Of a DNA stretch of 64,000 bases, positions 29,420 through 40,249 are shown in pieces (positions within the stretch are counted from its first letter, which is position 1; each line of letters starts with the position of its first letter). The notes beneath the pieces are model-generated. The model was not told where the DNA came from. It did no database searches and saw nothing but the letters and a program-made list of their open reading frames with translations. Origin of the DNA: Bacteroidales bacterium. Lineage in GTDB: Bacteria > Bacteroidota > Bacteroidia > Bacteroidales > CAIWKO01. Location: positions 1 through 64,000 of the forward strand of contig DAOORA010000003.1 in the NCBI GenBank assembly GCA_035389045.1, in the 5' to 3' direction. Position numbers and translations under genes: made by a program.

Positions 29420-29537
29420 CCCTCCCCTCCCACCTGCATATTCGTTTTTCTGTTTTAACTTTTATATTTAATATTTTTTTATTATGTAAAAATATTTTTT
29501 TTATATACTTTTGCGCTTTAAACATCACCGAAAACTT

Positions 29538-30707
29538 ATGATCAATAAAATCCACCGTTACAAAGAAAAAACCTTTCCTTTTGTGTGCATTGTTTTTGTC
29601 CTTTTAACGTCATGTAAAAAAGACAATAATGATGATAATGGAAATACAACTCCCGACCAGACTCATTTTTCCGTTCAATGGAATAACAGATTCAATTTCT
29701 GGTTAAACAATGATGCCTGTCTTCATAATCTTGCGGCTACTGCAGATGGTGGCGCCGTTTTGTTTTTTCCCTGGTTCACCGATGATAATGATGGCACCTG
29801 CCTGATGAAAATCTCATCTGCCGGCGTAACAGAATTTCAGCAGGTTTACCCCGTTACAGATTTTGGTTGTGCTTATGCCTCAGTGTTACCGGTTTCCGGT
29901 AACGGATACCTGCTGTATGGACATTACGCCTTTCCCGTTTTCGGAAAAACAGATGCCGCAGGAAATATTCTTTGGAAAAAAGAGATGAATTTTCATAATC
30001 TGTTACGCATAAACTGTATCACCGAAAAACCTGACGGCGGTTTTTTGGCTCTTGCCACAACATTTTCAAGTATTTACATTATTGATATGAATGCTGCCGG
30101 TGATACCAACCGTTGTATTCTACTCAGGGACACGCTTGCCAATGCCGAAGGTGTACAAATTGAATATAATCATTCAAAAGAGATTATTGTCACTTATTCA
30201 GGCAAAACAGACAACAGGTATGCAGGCTTTGTCACAGCCCTGGATTCCAATTTTAATGAAAAATGGGCACATACTTTTAATTCCTCCGATGGTCATATTT
30301 TTCTGAACGCCTTTTGCATCAATAATGACAATTCAATGGTCGCGGCGGGTTCGTACTCGTTGATTGGCTCTCTAATTCACGATACCTATATTGCAGGCAT
30401 TTCACCGGACGGTTTGATAACTTTTACAAAAAACATCAACAATGAGGCGCATGCCGATATGGTTCTGGATATTGAACCGGCGCCTTCGGGTGGGTATTAT
30501 GTTGTAGCATACCACGACCCGATGATTACCAAAATAAACACAAACGGAGAGGCATTATGGCGGGAATCACTCGACCCGTCGAACCAGCTGGGACCGTCGG
30601 GAAATACCATAAAAGCCACAGGCAATAGTGTATATTTTTTGGGTAATACTATCGATTTTACCTCTCTCAATATGAATCCTGTCCTGATTAAGTTTACAGA
30701 GCCCTGA
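29538..30707 (+). CDS. hypothetical lipoprotein, probable beta-propeller
   Basis: LTSC lipobox; recurring KTDAAGNILWKK/KINTNGEALWR-type blades. Confidence 0.75.
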   Translation: MINKIHRYKEKTFPFVCIVFVLLTSCKKDNNDDNGNTTPDQTHFSVQWNNRFNFWLNNDACLHNLAATADGGAVLFFPWFTDDNDGTCLMKISSAGVTEFQQVYPVTDFGCAYASVLPVSGNGYLLYGHYAFPVFGKTDAAGNILWKKEMNFHNLLRINCITEKPDGGFLALATTFSSIYIIDMNAAGDTNRCILLRDTLANAEGVQIEYNHSKEIIVTYSGKTDNRYAGFVTALDSNFNEKWAHTFNSSDGHIFLNAFCINNDNSMVAAGSYSLIGSLIHDTYIAGISPDGLITFTKNINNEAHADMVLDIEPAPSGGYYVVAYHDPMITKINTNGEALWRESLDPSNQLGPSGNTIKATGNSVYFLGNTIDFTSLNMNPVLIKFTEP

Positions 30708-30747
30708 AAACCACATCGGAAATCCGCTAATAATGTGTTCCTGTAAA

Positions 30748-31650
30748 TCAGGTTTTTTCACTTTTCTGTTTCCGCTGGCCGGCCTTTTTGACGATAAAAA
30801 CAAAAATTACTGCCGTAAAAAACGAAAACATAGCATATACCACTGCGGGTTTTTCCATTGCCGCACTGTTTAAGATCGTGCCGGAAATAAGCAGCGCCAA
30901 TGCTGTGTTGTGCAATCCCACCTCTATTGAAATCGTATACTGATCCTTAAACGCCAGTTTCAGTTTCCGGGCCACATAAAAGCCCAGCGACATAGCCCCG
31001 AAATTAAGTAACAGCAGATAAGGCAGCAATTCTGTGGTTTCGTCAAAAGTAATACCGGTGCCGCCATATTCTTTATCAAAAAATATTTTTATTGTGAAAA
31101 CAAAACCCAGCATCAGGGTAAGAATAATTTTTACCGGTTTTTCGAGCTTCACAGCCCGGTCACCGGTTTTTCTTCTTAAATAAACCCCTGCTCCTGCCGG
31201 AATAATAGTAATCATGAAAATCTGTACTATCGTTTCCCAAAAAGGAAGATGTATTTCCCTGTCAACACCCATAAAAACATAAAGCGCCAGGTTGGCTAAC
31301 AAGGGGATGCTGATCAAAGTAATAAAACTGTTGAGCGTGGTCATGGATATTGCCAATGCTACATTACCCCTGAAAAGATGAGTGATCAGGTTAGAAGATG
31401 CACCGCTGGCACATAAGGAAATTATTACAATGCCAACACGGACTTCGCTGGATAATCCCGAAATAAATGCAATAACAAACGCTACAACAGGAACCAGAAA
31501 AAGCTGGACACTCAGCGCTGTTATAAGTGGCCGGGGACGGACAAACAGATTTCTAAAATCATTTATGGTCAACGATAATCCTATGCCCAGCATAATAAGC
31601 GCCAGCACAATGTTTATGATAATATCTACATAATTATAATCTAAAAACAT
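30748..31650 (-). CDS. bile acid:sodium symporter (BASS) family transporter
   Basis: IMLGIGLSLT, SSNLITHLFRGNVALAISMT, ISIEVGLHN; multiple TM helices. Confidence 0.92.
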   Translation of the reverse strand: MFLDYNYVDIIINIVLALIMLGIGLSLTINDFRNLFVRPRPLITALSVQLFLVPVVAFVIAFISGLSSEVRVGIVIISLCASGASSNLITHLFRGNVALAISMTTLNSFITLISIPLLANLALYVFMGVDREIHLPFWETIVQIFMITIIPAGAGVYLRRKTGDRAVKLEKPVKIILTLMLGFVFTIKIFFDKEYGGTGITFDETTELLPYLLLLNFGAMSLGFYVARKLKLAFKDQYTISIEVGLHNTALALLISGTILNSAAMEKPAVVYAMFSFFTAVIFVFIVKKAGQRKQKSEKT

Positions 31651-31739
31651 ATGACGGCATCAAAGGTATAAAATCAAAACAAGCCTGCAAGGTATATTTA
31701 TTTATATTTGCCATATCGTATTCTAAAGTATTGCACAAA

Positions 31740-34051
31740 ATGTCCAAAAACCTTACCCGTAAAAAATCCGGCACCCCTGATTCGACCGAAGAGCTTATAC
31801 TCCGTGCTTTCTTCAAAAATCCTTACGCAGGTCTGAATTACAAGCAGATTTCCAATGCTACCGGTATCAAAGACAAAACCCTTAAAGAACTGATACGCCG
31901 AAAGCTTGAAATTTTGCTGAAAAACAAAAGCCTGGTTGAAGAAAAAAGAGGCAAATACAAGCTGAACCCGGAAAAACATCCTTCATTTTTCCCCAGCAAA
32001 ACCTATGTTTCCGGTACCGTGGATATGAAACAGACCGGCAAAGCATATATCATCTGTGATGAACCGGGTCCGGATATTTTTATCGCCCCATACAACACCA
32101 ACAGGGCGCTGAACGGCGATAAAGTCAGGGTGTTGCTCCTGCCCGGACGGCAGGGTAAAAAACCCGAAGGCCAGGTGGTGGAAATAGTAAAAAGGGCTAA
32201 AGAGCAATTTGTCGGTACGCTCCAGGTGACCCGCTATTACTCTTTTTTGGTTCCCGACAATCAAAGTATTCCTGTTGACATTTATATACCAAACGATAAA
32301 ATCAAAGGGGCACAAAACGGCGACAAGGTGGTGGTGAAAATTGCTGACTGGCCCGAAAATTCTAAAAATCCGTTTGGCGAAGTGGTTCAGGTGATCGGAA
32401 AACCCGGCGATAATAATGTCGAAATGCAATCCATCATCGCTGAGTTTGGATTTCCCCTTTCGTTTCCGGAACAGGTGGAACGTGATGCCGCTAATATTAA
32501 CATTAAAATAAGTCCGGATGAAATAAAAAAACGCCGTGACTTTCGTGAAGTCTTTACCATCACTATTGATCCTGAGGATGCCAAAGATTTTGACGATGCG
32601 GTTTCCCTTTGTAAATTAACATCCGGCAACTGGGAAGTGGGTGTTCACATTGCTGATGTTTCCTACTATGTAAAAGAAAATTCAATCATTGATGAAGAGG
32701 CTTACGAACGCGGAACCTCTATTTATTTAGCCGACCGCGTGGTTCCCATGTTACCTGAAGTGCTGTCAAATAATGTTTGCTCATTAAGGCCTAAAGAAGA
32801 TAAACTTTGTTTCTCAGCCGTTTTTGAAATGACAGATAAGGCTGAAATTGTCAGTCAATGGTTCGGAAAAACCATCATAAACTCTAATTACCGTTTTAAT
32901 TATGATGAAGTACAGTCCACAATTGTAAACAAACAAGGCCTTTTTGCCGAAGAAATTCTTACGCTGAACCAACTCGCAGGAATACTGAGAGAAAAACGAT
33001 TTCAGAGCGGTTCCTTTGATTTTGACACTGAAGAAGTACGTTTCAGGTACGATGAAAAAGGCAAACCCATAGAAGTTTATATAAAACAACAAACGGAAGC
33101 CAATAAACTCATAGAAGACTTTATGCTTCTGGCCAACCGTAGTGTGGCGGAGTTAATAGGAAAAACGCAAAATAATAAACCTGCTAAAACTTTTGTTTAC
33201 CGTATTCACGACAGGCCCCTGCCCGAAAAACTTGAAACTTTCACAAAATTTGTGGCAAAATTAGGCTACAAAATCAACAATAAAAGTACCAAAACCCTTG
33301 CAGATTCGTATAATGCACTGTTTACAAGTGTAAAAGGCAAGGGTGAAGAAAATATGATAAACAACCTGGCTATACGAACCATGGCTAAAGCCGTTTACTC
33401 AACCGAAAATATAGGCCATTACGGGCTGTCATTCCGGTATTATACTCATTTTACATCTCCCATCCGGCGTTACCCCGATCTGATGGTACACAGGCTGCTG
33501 TCGCGATATATGGCCGATAAATCATCTGTGGATAAAAATGAATTTGAAGACAAATGTAAACATTCGTCTGATATGGAAAAACTGGCAACCGATGCCGAAC
33601 GGGCCTCAATAAAATATAAACAGGCCGAATATATGGCNNNNNNNNNNNNNNNNNNNNNNNNNNNNNNNNNNNNNNNNNNNNNNNNNNNNNNNNNNNNNNN
33701 NNNNNNNNNNNNNNNNNNNNNNNNNNNNNNNNNNNNNTGGCAACCGATGCCGAACGGGCCTCAATAAAATATAAACAGGCCGAATATATGGCAGATAAGG
33801 TGGGACAAATATTCGACGGTCATATCAGCGGTGTGAGCAAATGGGGCATCTATGTAGAGATCATCGAAAATAAATGCGAAGGTATGGTTTCCATCCGCGA
33901 TATGGGCGACGACGTTTATTTTATTGATGAAGAAAATTATACGGTCATTGGAAGGTATAGCAGCAAAAAATACCGTCTCGGCGACAAGGTAAAAATCAAA
34001 GTGAAAAAAATACTGTTATCCAGAAAACAGATTGACTTTCTGTTTGTATAA
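31740..34051 (+). CDS. rnr: ribonuclease R (spans an assembly gap)
   Basis: TIDPEDAKDFDDA, HFTSPIRRYPD, C-terminal S1 domain; the gap flanks share a 55-bp overlap, so the gene is continuous. Confidence 0.95.
33638..33737. other. assembly gap (100 N) with 55-bp duplicated flanks
   Basis: 33583-33637 is identical to 33738-33792. Confidence 1.
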
Positions 34052-34168
34052 TACCATTATCGGCTTACAGTCATAGCATAAACACTGTCGCATGATCACA
34101 AGACATATCTGTTCACACGGTACTGGTGTGCGGAAATTATTAAAGGCCAAAAGTAAATAAGACAGCTC

Positions 34169-34921
34169 TTACAGCATATTCAGCCGGCTGTAAAGATCTT
34201 TGCGGTAAAAATTGCCCACAGGCAGTTCTTTCATCGAGTTTTCAACGATCAGGCTGGTATATTTGATCGAAAATATTTTATCCATGCGCACGATGAAAGA
34301 CTTGTGTATTCTTACGAAATCCCGTTCAGGTAAGAATTTCTGTATTTCTTTCATGTTGATTCGTACGGTATAATTTTCGGTAACCGTGTTTATGGTGATA
34401 TAGTCCCGTAAAGCTTCAACGTAACAAATTTCTTCGTATTTGACCCTTTTAAGACGGCTGTTGGTCCTGATATAAATACTGTCGGCGGTATTTTTGTTTT
34501 CTATTACCGAGTAATACAGATCCCGTTCTTTTTTTAGCTGTTTCACTTTGGAATGTTTATGCAGAGCCATTTCAATAGTGGTCTGCAACTCTTTTTCATA
34601 GAATGGTTTTACGAGATAACCATACGGATCAGAATCTTTGGCCATTTCTATGGTCTTTTCATCCGTATAAGCCGTCAGAAAAACAATAGGAACATCAAGC
34701 ATTTCGGTGATCTTTACCGCTGCTTCGGTGCCGTTCATTTTTCCGCTTAAGCGTATATCCATTAGAATAAGATTAGGATTGAGCTCTTCGGCATTAGCCA
34801 CGGCTTCTTCTCCTGAAGCATAGACTCCGGTAATTTCATATCCCAGATTCGTTAAGCATGATTCAATATATTTAGAAACTATTACTTCGTCTTCTACGAT
34901 TAAAATTCTTGATTTTGCCAT
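34169..34921 (-). CDS. LytTR family response regulator
   Basis: receiver (IVEDE, LMDI, KP) plus LytTR domain FVRIHKSFIV. Confidence 0.92.
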   Translation of the reverse strand: MAKSRILIVEDEVIVSKYIESCLTNLGYEITGVYASGEEAVANAEELNPNLILMDIRLSGKMNGTEAAVKITEMLDVPIVFLTAYTDEKTIEMAKDSDPYGYLVKPFYEKELQTTIEMALHKHSKVKQLKKERDLYYSVIENKNTADSIYIRTNSRLKRVKYEEICYVEALRDYITINTVTENYTVRINMKEIQKFLPERDFVRIHKSFIVRMDKIFSIKYTSLIVENSMKELPVGNFYRKDLYSRLNML

Positions 34922-34970
34922 ATTATAATTTTTTATAGGGGATAAAATTAATTAATTTTTTTTATTTTAA

Positions 34971-36467
34971 TCATTTTTTATCAATTTTATTTCCGTCGTA
35001 ACTAATTTCTATTCCGTCTTCAAACCGTATGGTTATTATTTTAATACCTTCGGAATCATAAATATACCAGTCACCTTCCTTTTTTCCCATAATATATTTA
35101 CCTTTTTCTTTTATTTTTTCATTCGGCCAAAAATACACAAAATCTCCATTTGGATTTCCCTCTATATAATTCCCTTCAAAATTTAAAATATCTCCGGCAT
35201 AATGTTTCCATGTTCCTTCCCTTCTTCCTGCAATATAAGAGCCTGTTTCCTTTTCGTCGCCTACTTCATAGAACCATTCACCCTCTTCCTCACCATCAGC
35301 AAATTCGCCTTTTATTATTATTTTTCCTGAATCGTCCTGTTCAATATGGATTCCATGGAGTACTCCATTTTTAAAATTATCTTCTTTTCGAAGGTTTCCC
35401 GATTCAAAAAACCATCTCCATTTGCCATCGGGTTTGCCATTGTTACCGTATTTTCCAGTCTGTTCCAGGGCGCCGTTTTTAAAATAAAATTTCCAGTCGC
35501 CTTGCCGTAAATCATTCTTATATGAACCTTCTCCGCTTTTTTCTCCGCTTTCATAATACTCTTTCCAGTCGCCTTGCCTCATCCCCTGTTCATCAACTAT
35601 GCCTTCACCAATGATAATACCGTTACGGAAAATAAACGCCTTGCTGATCTTTCCATCCTGGGTATATTCCCTTCGGATACCCTCAGGTATTTTATCTTTA
35701 TAACTCTGAACTATTTTCACTCTCCCGTTTTTGTAATAATCCGTTTTTATCTCATAATTTACAAGTTCGGGAGCATCATGTATCAGCTCATCGTTCTTAT
35801 ATTTTTCTATTTTTAACAGGTTCCCCTTTTTATCATATTCTTTGAAGTATCCATCCCTTTTACCGTAACTATAATATCCTTCGGATTTCACCTGTTCATT
35901 ATCATAAAACTCCTTCCATAATCCATGTTTTAAACCGTCTCTGTTGCGATTAATATTTTCACTGTTCACCACATAACCTTTTTTATATTCAATAAGGGTT
36001 ATGATTACTCCGTCGGGGGAATATTCTTTGGTGATACCTTCTTCTCTGCCATTAATAAAATTAGATTTCATCTTTATTTTTCCATCGGGATAACGATGAT
36101 AAGAAATACCATTTTTTATATCATTTTCAAATGTTTCTTCTATAGTTTCATCTTTAAGGTATGTTTTTCTTATACCGTTTTTCTTTCCTGCAATATAATT
36201 TATTTCGAGTACAATGTTTCCCGAATCGCTGTAGAATTTCCACAGACTGTCCAGTTCAAATTTATTTCTGTTTCCTTCTGATTTGATAAAACCATTTTCA
36301 TAATAATTTTTCCAGTATCCGTTAGGCCTTCCCTGCTCAAGAAAACCTTCACTTTGTTTTTTTCCTGATGGATAATAAAAAATATTATAACCATTACTAT
36401 TAATGGTATCTTGTGCAAAACCCTGTTCGGCTGCTAAAAATAAAATAATTATAAATAATTTTTTCAT
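34971..36467 (-). CDS. exported MORN-variant/YwqK-like repeat protein
   Basis: signal peptide from ATG 36467; many GxWKxYYENGxxKSEGxY repeats. Confidence 0.85.
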   Translation of the reverse strand: MKKLFIIILFLAAEQGFAQDTINSNGYNIFYYPSGKKQSEGFLEQGRPNGYWKNYYENGFIKSEGNRNKFELDSLWKFYSDSGNIVLEINYIAGKKNGIRKTYLKDETIEETFENDIKNGISYHRYPDGKIKMKSNFINGREEGITKEYSPDGVIITLIEYKKGYVVNSENINRNRDGLKHGLWKEFYDNEQVKSEGYYSYGKRDGYFKEYDKKGNLLKIEKYKNDELIHDAPELVNYEIKTDYYKNGRVKIVQSYKDKIPEGIRREYTQDGKISKAFIFRNGIIIGEGIVDEQGMRQGDWKEYYESGEKSGEGSYKNDLRQGDWKFYFKNGALEQTGKYGNNGKPDGKWRWFFESGNLRKEDNFKNGVLHGIHIEQDDSGKIIIKGEFADGEEEGEWFYEVGDEKETGSYIAGRREGTWKHYAGDILNFEGNYIEGNPNGDFVYFWPNEKIKEKGKYIMGKKEGDWYIYDSEGIKIITIRFEDGIEISYDGNKIDKK

Positions 36468-36480
36468 CGTATAAATATAA

Positions 36481-37413
36481 CTATTTTTTTGCTGCTGCTG
36501 ATATTTCAAGCATTTTAAATAAGGGTTTTCCGGCTTTTTCTATCGTTTTTTTATCCAGCGTAATTTCCGGCTCTTCGTTTTGCAGACAAAGAAACAATTT
36601 TTCAAGCGTAGTCAGTTTCATATATTCACAATCGTTGCAGTTACACGATTTATCGCCCGCAACTATGATAAACTGCTTTTCAGGCTCCGCTTTTTTCATT
36701 TGGTGAATAATCCCTGATTCGGTTGCTACTATATATTTTTTACTATTATTTTTCTTTATATATTTTAACATGGCTGCTGTAGAACCAACAAAATCGGCCA
36801 ATTCAAGAACGGAGGCCTGACATTCGGGATGTGCAATCAATTCCGCATCCCGGTTTTCAATTTTTAGACGTATTATTTCTTCCGCTTTCAAAATATCATG
36901 AACCTTACATATACCATCCCAGAGCAACATATTTCTTCCGGTAATTTTATTGATATAACTGCCTAGGTTTTTATCGGGAGCAAATAGTATCGGTTTATCA
37001 GCAGGAATGGAACTTATTATATCTAAAGCATTTCCCGATGTACATATAATATCCGACAAGGTTTTTACTTCGGCAGAACAATTTATATAAGAAACAATAA
37101 TATGATCGGGGTATTTTTCTTTTAATTTTTTAAGATCTTTATATTCACAAGAATCCGCAAGTGAACAACCGGCGTTTATATCAGGTATTAACACTTTTTT
37201 TTCAGGATTTAATATTTTGGCTGTCTCTGCCATGAATTTTACGCCGCAAAAAACTATTATATTCGCATCCGTATTGGCGGCTTTTTGAGAAAGTCCTAAG
37301 CTATCCTCGACATGGTCTGCAATCTCCTGTATTTCGGGCAACTGGTAAAAATGAGCGAGTATTATAGCATTTTTTTGCTTTTTTAACTCAAGTATTTTTT
37401 CCTGATAGTTCAT
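36481..37413 (-). CDS. nadA: quinolinate synthase
   Basis: ILAHFYQ, FCGVKFMAE, AGCSLA, HPEC and CEYMK motifs. Confidence 0.96.
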   Translation of the reverse strand: MNYQEKILELKKQKNAIILAHFYQLPEIQEIADHVEDSLGLSQKAANTDANIIVFCGVKFMAETAKILNPEKKVLIPDINAGCSLADSCEYKDLKKLKEKYPDHIIVSYINCSAEVKTLSDIICTSGNALDIISSIPADKPILFAPDKNLGSYINKITGRNMLLWDGICKVHDILKAEEIIRLKIENRDAELIAHPECQASVLELADFVGSTAAMLKYIKKNNSKKYIVATESGIIHQMKKAEPEKQFIIVAGDKSCNCNDCEYMKLTTLEKLFLCLQNEEPEITLDKKTIEKAGKPLFKMLEISAAAKK

Positions 37414-37910
37414 TTCTTAAAATTCTGTGCAATATTACAACGTTTTATTATTACATTATTTTATCTTTTGTAATATTAATAAAATTTTTTTTATAAATTA
37501 TTATTATTAAATAAAGGCTGTTAATAGTGTTTAAAAAAATTGCAAATGTTCTTTTTACTTTGAAATATTATTTTTTATCAACATGATATAAACACTTTTT
37601 TTTTCTTAACGCATTATAAAATAAAAAAATAAAAAAATATTAACGATTTATTGAAAACAATACGGTTTGATAAAATTTGACTATTTTTACTTTGAAAACT
37701 TGTTCATATTTTTTGATAAGATCATAAAACCGGCATTGTAAAATGACAGCAGAAAAATGAAACACATTTTATTAACAGATAATAACATTTTTTAACAGCA
37801 ACGTGTTTAAAACATAGTATTGTCACAGATAATGAATTGTAAAAATCTGTAAAAATTAGAAAACTAAAACACAGACAATTATAAAAAAGAAACTATCTTA
37901 AGTTACTAAC
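37414..37910. other. putative replication origin oriC
   Basis: ~500 bp very AT-rich intergenic region; DnaA-box-like TTATCAACA (37575), TTATTAACA (37769), tandem TGTTAATAG/TGTTTAAAA (37519-37536) next to GGC and TTA triplets. Confidence 0.6.
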
Positions 37911-38354
37911 ATGACAAAATCAGTCGGATTGGGATGTGATCATGCCGGTTATGAATTAAAAATTTATCTGAAAAAGAAATTGGAAGAATTAGGTTACAAC
38001 GTTATTGACTATGGTGTAAAGAGTCCCGAAAAAGTCGACTATCCTGATATTATTCATCCTTTAGCCAGCGATATTGATAAAAATAAGTTGAATAAAGCCG
38101 TAATTATATGCGGAAGCGGAAATGGAGTGGCTATAACGGCCAATAAATATATTAATGTGCGCGCTGCATTGTGCTGGAAGGAAGAAATTGCCCGGTTTGC
38201 CCGGCTTCATAATGATGCAAACATTGTTTCATTACCGGCTCGTTTTATTGGTAAACACAAAGCCTGGATGATCGTAAGGGAATTTTTAACCACGGATTTT
38301 GAAGGAGGCAGACACGCCATAAGGGTAAAAAAAATAAAAAATAGTATTGGCTGA
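37911..38354 (+). CDS. rpiB: ribose-5-phosphate isomerase B
   Basis: GCDHAG, DYPD, ICGSGNG, ARLHNDAN and FEGGRH motifs. Confidence 0.95.
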   Translation: MTKSVGLGCDHAGYELKIYLKKKLEELGYNVIDYGVKSPEKVDYPDIIHPLASDIDKNKLNKAVIICGSGNGVAITANKYINVRAALCWKEEIARFARLHNDANIVSLPARFIGKHKAWMIVREFLTTDFEGGRHAIRVKKIKNSIG

Positions 38355-38355
38355 T

Positions 38356-39738
38356 ATGAACGAAAAACAGAAAGTTTTTACTAAAAAGGCTGAGATAAAA
38401 GCTTTTGACAAGAATCACCGGAAAATTATCAATCATAATATTTCAAAGTATAATACGGCAGTTATAAAAGGAAAGGAACAATTCAGCAATCTTGAAGTTG
38501 CCCGGCAACGCGTTTCGTTTTTAAAACACCGTGCTATTAATAATCTTGAAAATTATCTGAAAGAATTTGAATACAATTTTGTAAAAAACGGTGGTAAAGT
38601 GATCTGGGCGCATAATACAGAGGAAGCGACCGAAGAGATACTTAAAATCTTTAAAAACAATAATGCCCGGATGGCTGTGAAATCAAAATCCATGGCCACC
38701 GAAGAAATCGAATTAAATCACGTATTGGAACAAAACAAAATCGAATCGGTAGAGACCGATCTTGGAGAATATATAGTGCAGATTGCCGGAGAAAAACCCT
38801 ATCATATTATAACACCGGCTATGCATAAATCCAAAGAGGATATTGCCCGGCTTTTTCATGAGAAGTTCAATACACCTCCCGGAAGTACTCCCGAAGAACT
38901 TACAGCCTATGTGCGGCAATTGTTAAGGGAGAAATTTACCGGGGCAGATATTGGCGTAAGCGGCGCCAATTTCATTATTGCCGACATAGGCGCTATAGCC
39001 CTTACCGAAAATGAAGGAAACGCCCTGATGACCGTTTCTTTTCCTAAGATTCATATTGTAATTGCTGGCATCGATAAAATTATTCCTTCAGTTAAAGATC
39101 TGGCTCTCTTATGGCCCGTTCTGGCCAGTCATGGCACCGGCCAGAATATTACAGTTTATAATTCAATTGTTTCATCCCCGAAAAAAGAAAATGAGATTGA
39201 TGGTCCTGATGAAATGTATGTTGTTTTGCTTGATAACGGACGAACCAACCTGCTGGCGCAGAAAAAACAAAAATCAGCGCTGACCTGTATCCGCTGCGGC
39301 GCCTGTCTGAATGCATGTCCTGTATACCGTAATATCGGCGGCCATACCTATCAGACTGTTTACAGCGGGCCTATTGGTTCGGTGATCACACCTTACATGA
39401 GCGGATTAAAAGATTACAAACATCTGAGTTTTGCCTCTTCCTTATGCGGCAAATGTACCGAAGTTTGTCCGTCTGCGATTAAAATACATAAATTGTTGCT
39501 TTATAACAGAAATGATGCCGTGAATAAAAAAATGGCCGGTCTGGTGGATAAAACCGTTATGTTCGGCTGGAGAACCATCATGCTGAACCGCTGGATACTC
39601 GATAAAACGGATTACAGAATCAAGAATGCGGTTATTCGCATGTTCTTTAAATACAGCTGGGGAAGCAGAAGGGATGTTCCTGTGGTAAAACCCAGGTCAT
39701 TTAACAGAATGTGGAAAGACAAAAAAGGAATCAAATAA
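38356..39738 (+). CDS. lutB: lactate utilization Fe-S protein LutB/LldF
   Basis: KSKSM, ETDLGEYI, HIITPAMH, NEGNA, CIRCGACLNACPVY, LCGKCTEVCP. Confidence 0.88.
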   Translation: MNEKQKVFTKKAEIKAFDKNHRKIINHNISKYNTAVIKGKEQFSNLEVARQRVSFLKHRAINNLENYLKEFEYNFVKNGGKVIWAHNTEEATEEILKIFKNNNARMAVKSKSMATEEIELNHVLEQNKIESVETDLGEYIVQIAGEKPYHIITPAMHKSKEDIARLFHEKFNTPPGSTPEELTAYVRQLLREKFTGADIGVSGANFIIADIGAIALTENEGNALMTVSFPKIHIVIAGIDKIIPSVKDLALLWPVLASHGTGQNITVYNSIVSSPKKENEIDGPDEMYVVLLDNGRTNLLAQKKQKSALTCIRCGACLNACPVYRNIGGHTYQTVYSGPIGSVITPYMSGLKDYKHLSFASSLCGKCTEVCPSAIKIHKLLLYNRNDAVNKKMAGLVDKTVMFGWRTIMLNRWILDKTDYRIKNAVIRMFFKYSWGSRRDVPVVKPRSFNRMWKDKKGIK

Positions 39739-39741
39739 AAA

Positions 39742-40200
39742 ATGATAAAGAAGATTTCATTTGTTTATGACCTGACTGATGAATACCGCACCGTTGGTAT
39801 TTGCAGCCATCTGAAAGATTATAAGCTTTGCTGGAACCTGAATAAAGTTTTGAATTACAATCTTATAAGATTTGATGATTTTGTTCCCGAAGGAAAAAAA
39901 ACGACAGATGAAAGATATACATTTTTTTATTTTTATGACCAGAATCACCGTAATGGTGTTTATTTACTTTCTAACAAAAAAAACAACATCCCCCTGCTTG
40001 AAAAAATTCCCGAAGCCGATTACTTATTAATGATAAAAGGGGTATGTACAGAAAAAAAAACAAAAGAACTTATCTCCGGCATAAAAAAGATCAGTAATGT
40101 TCTTACTGTATTTCAGGTGGAAATGGATAAAATAAAAACTATTAATTCTTTTCTTACGGAATTGGAACTTCACCAGTTGTATCAGGAAAAAAAGAAATAA
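39742..40200 (+). CDS. IPExxxVDY-like family protein
   Basis: GICSHLKDYKLCWNLN and KIPEADYLL resemble this Bacteroidota family. Confidence 0.65.
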   Translation: MIKKISFVYDLTDEYRTVGICSHLKDYKLCWNLNKVLNYNLIRFDDFVPEGKKTTDERYTFFYFYDQNHRNGVYLLSNKKNNIPLLEKIPEADYLLMIKGVCTEKKTKELISGIKKISNVLTVFQVEMDKIKTINSFLTELELHQLYQEKKK

Positions 40201-40201
40201 A

Positions 40202-40234
40202 AAAATCCGTTTCATCAATGACAAAACGGATTTT
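40202..40234. terminator. bidirectional terminator between convergent genes
   Basis: AAAATCCGTTT...AAACGGATTTT inverted repeat. Confidence 0.75.
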
Positions 40235-40249
40235 CTGTAAGAAAAAAAA

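Noticed and set aside
33583..33792. Apparent split/frameshifted rnr with a 55-bp direct repeat
   Set aside because: The identical 55-bp flanks around exactly 100 N are a scaffolding overlap artefact; merging them restores one continuous rnr frame
34971..36467. YwqK-like protein as the antitoxin of a toxin-antitoxin system
   Set aside because: It is an exported MORN-variant repeat protein among core genes, with no adjacent toxin gene
34900..38400. Second AT-rich zone as a horizontally acquired island
   Set aside because: It contains core genes (nadA, rpiB) and no boundary repeats; the low GC is better explained by the putative origin region
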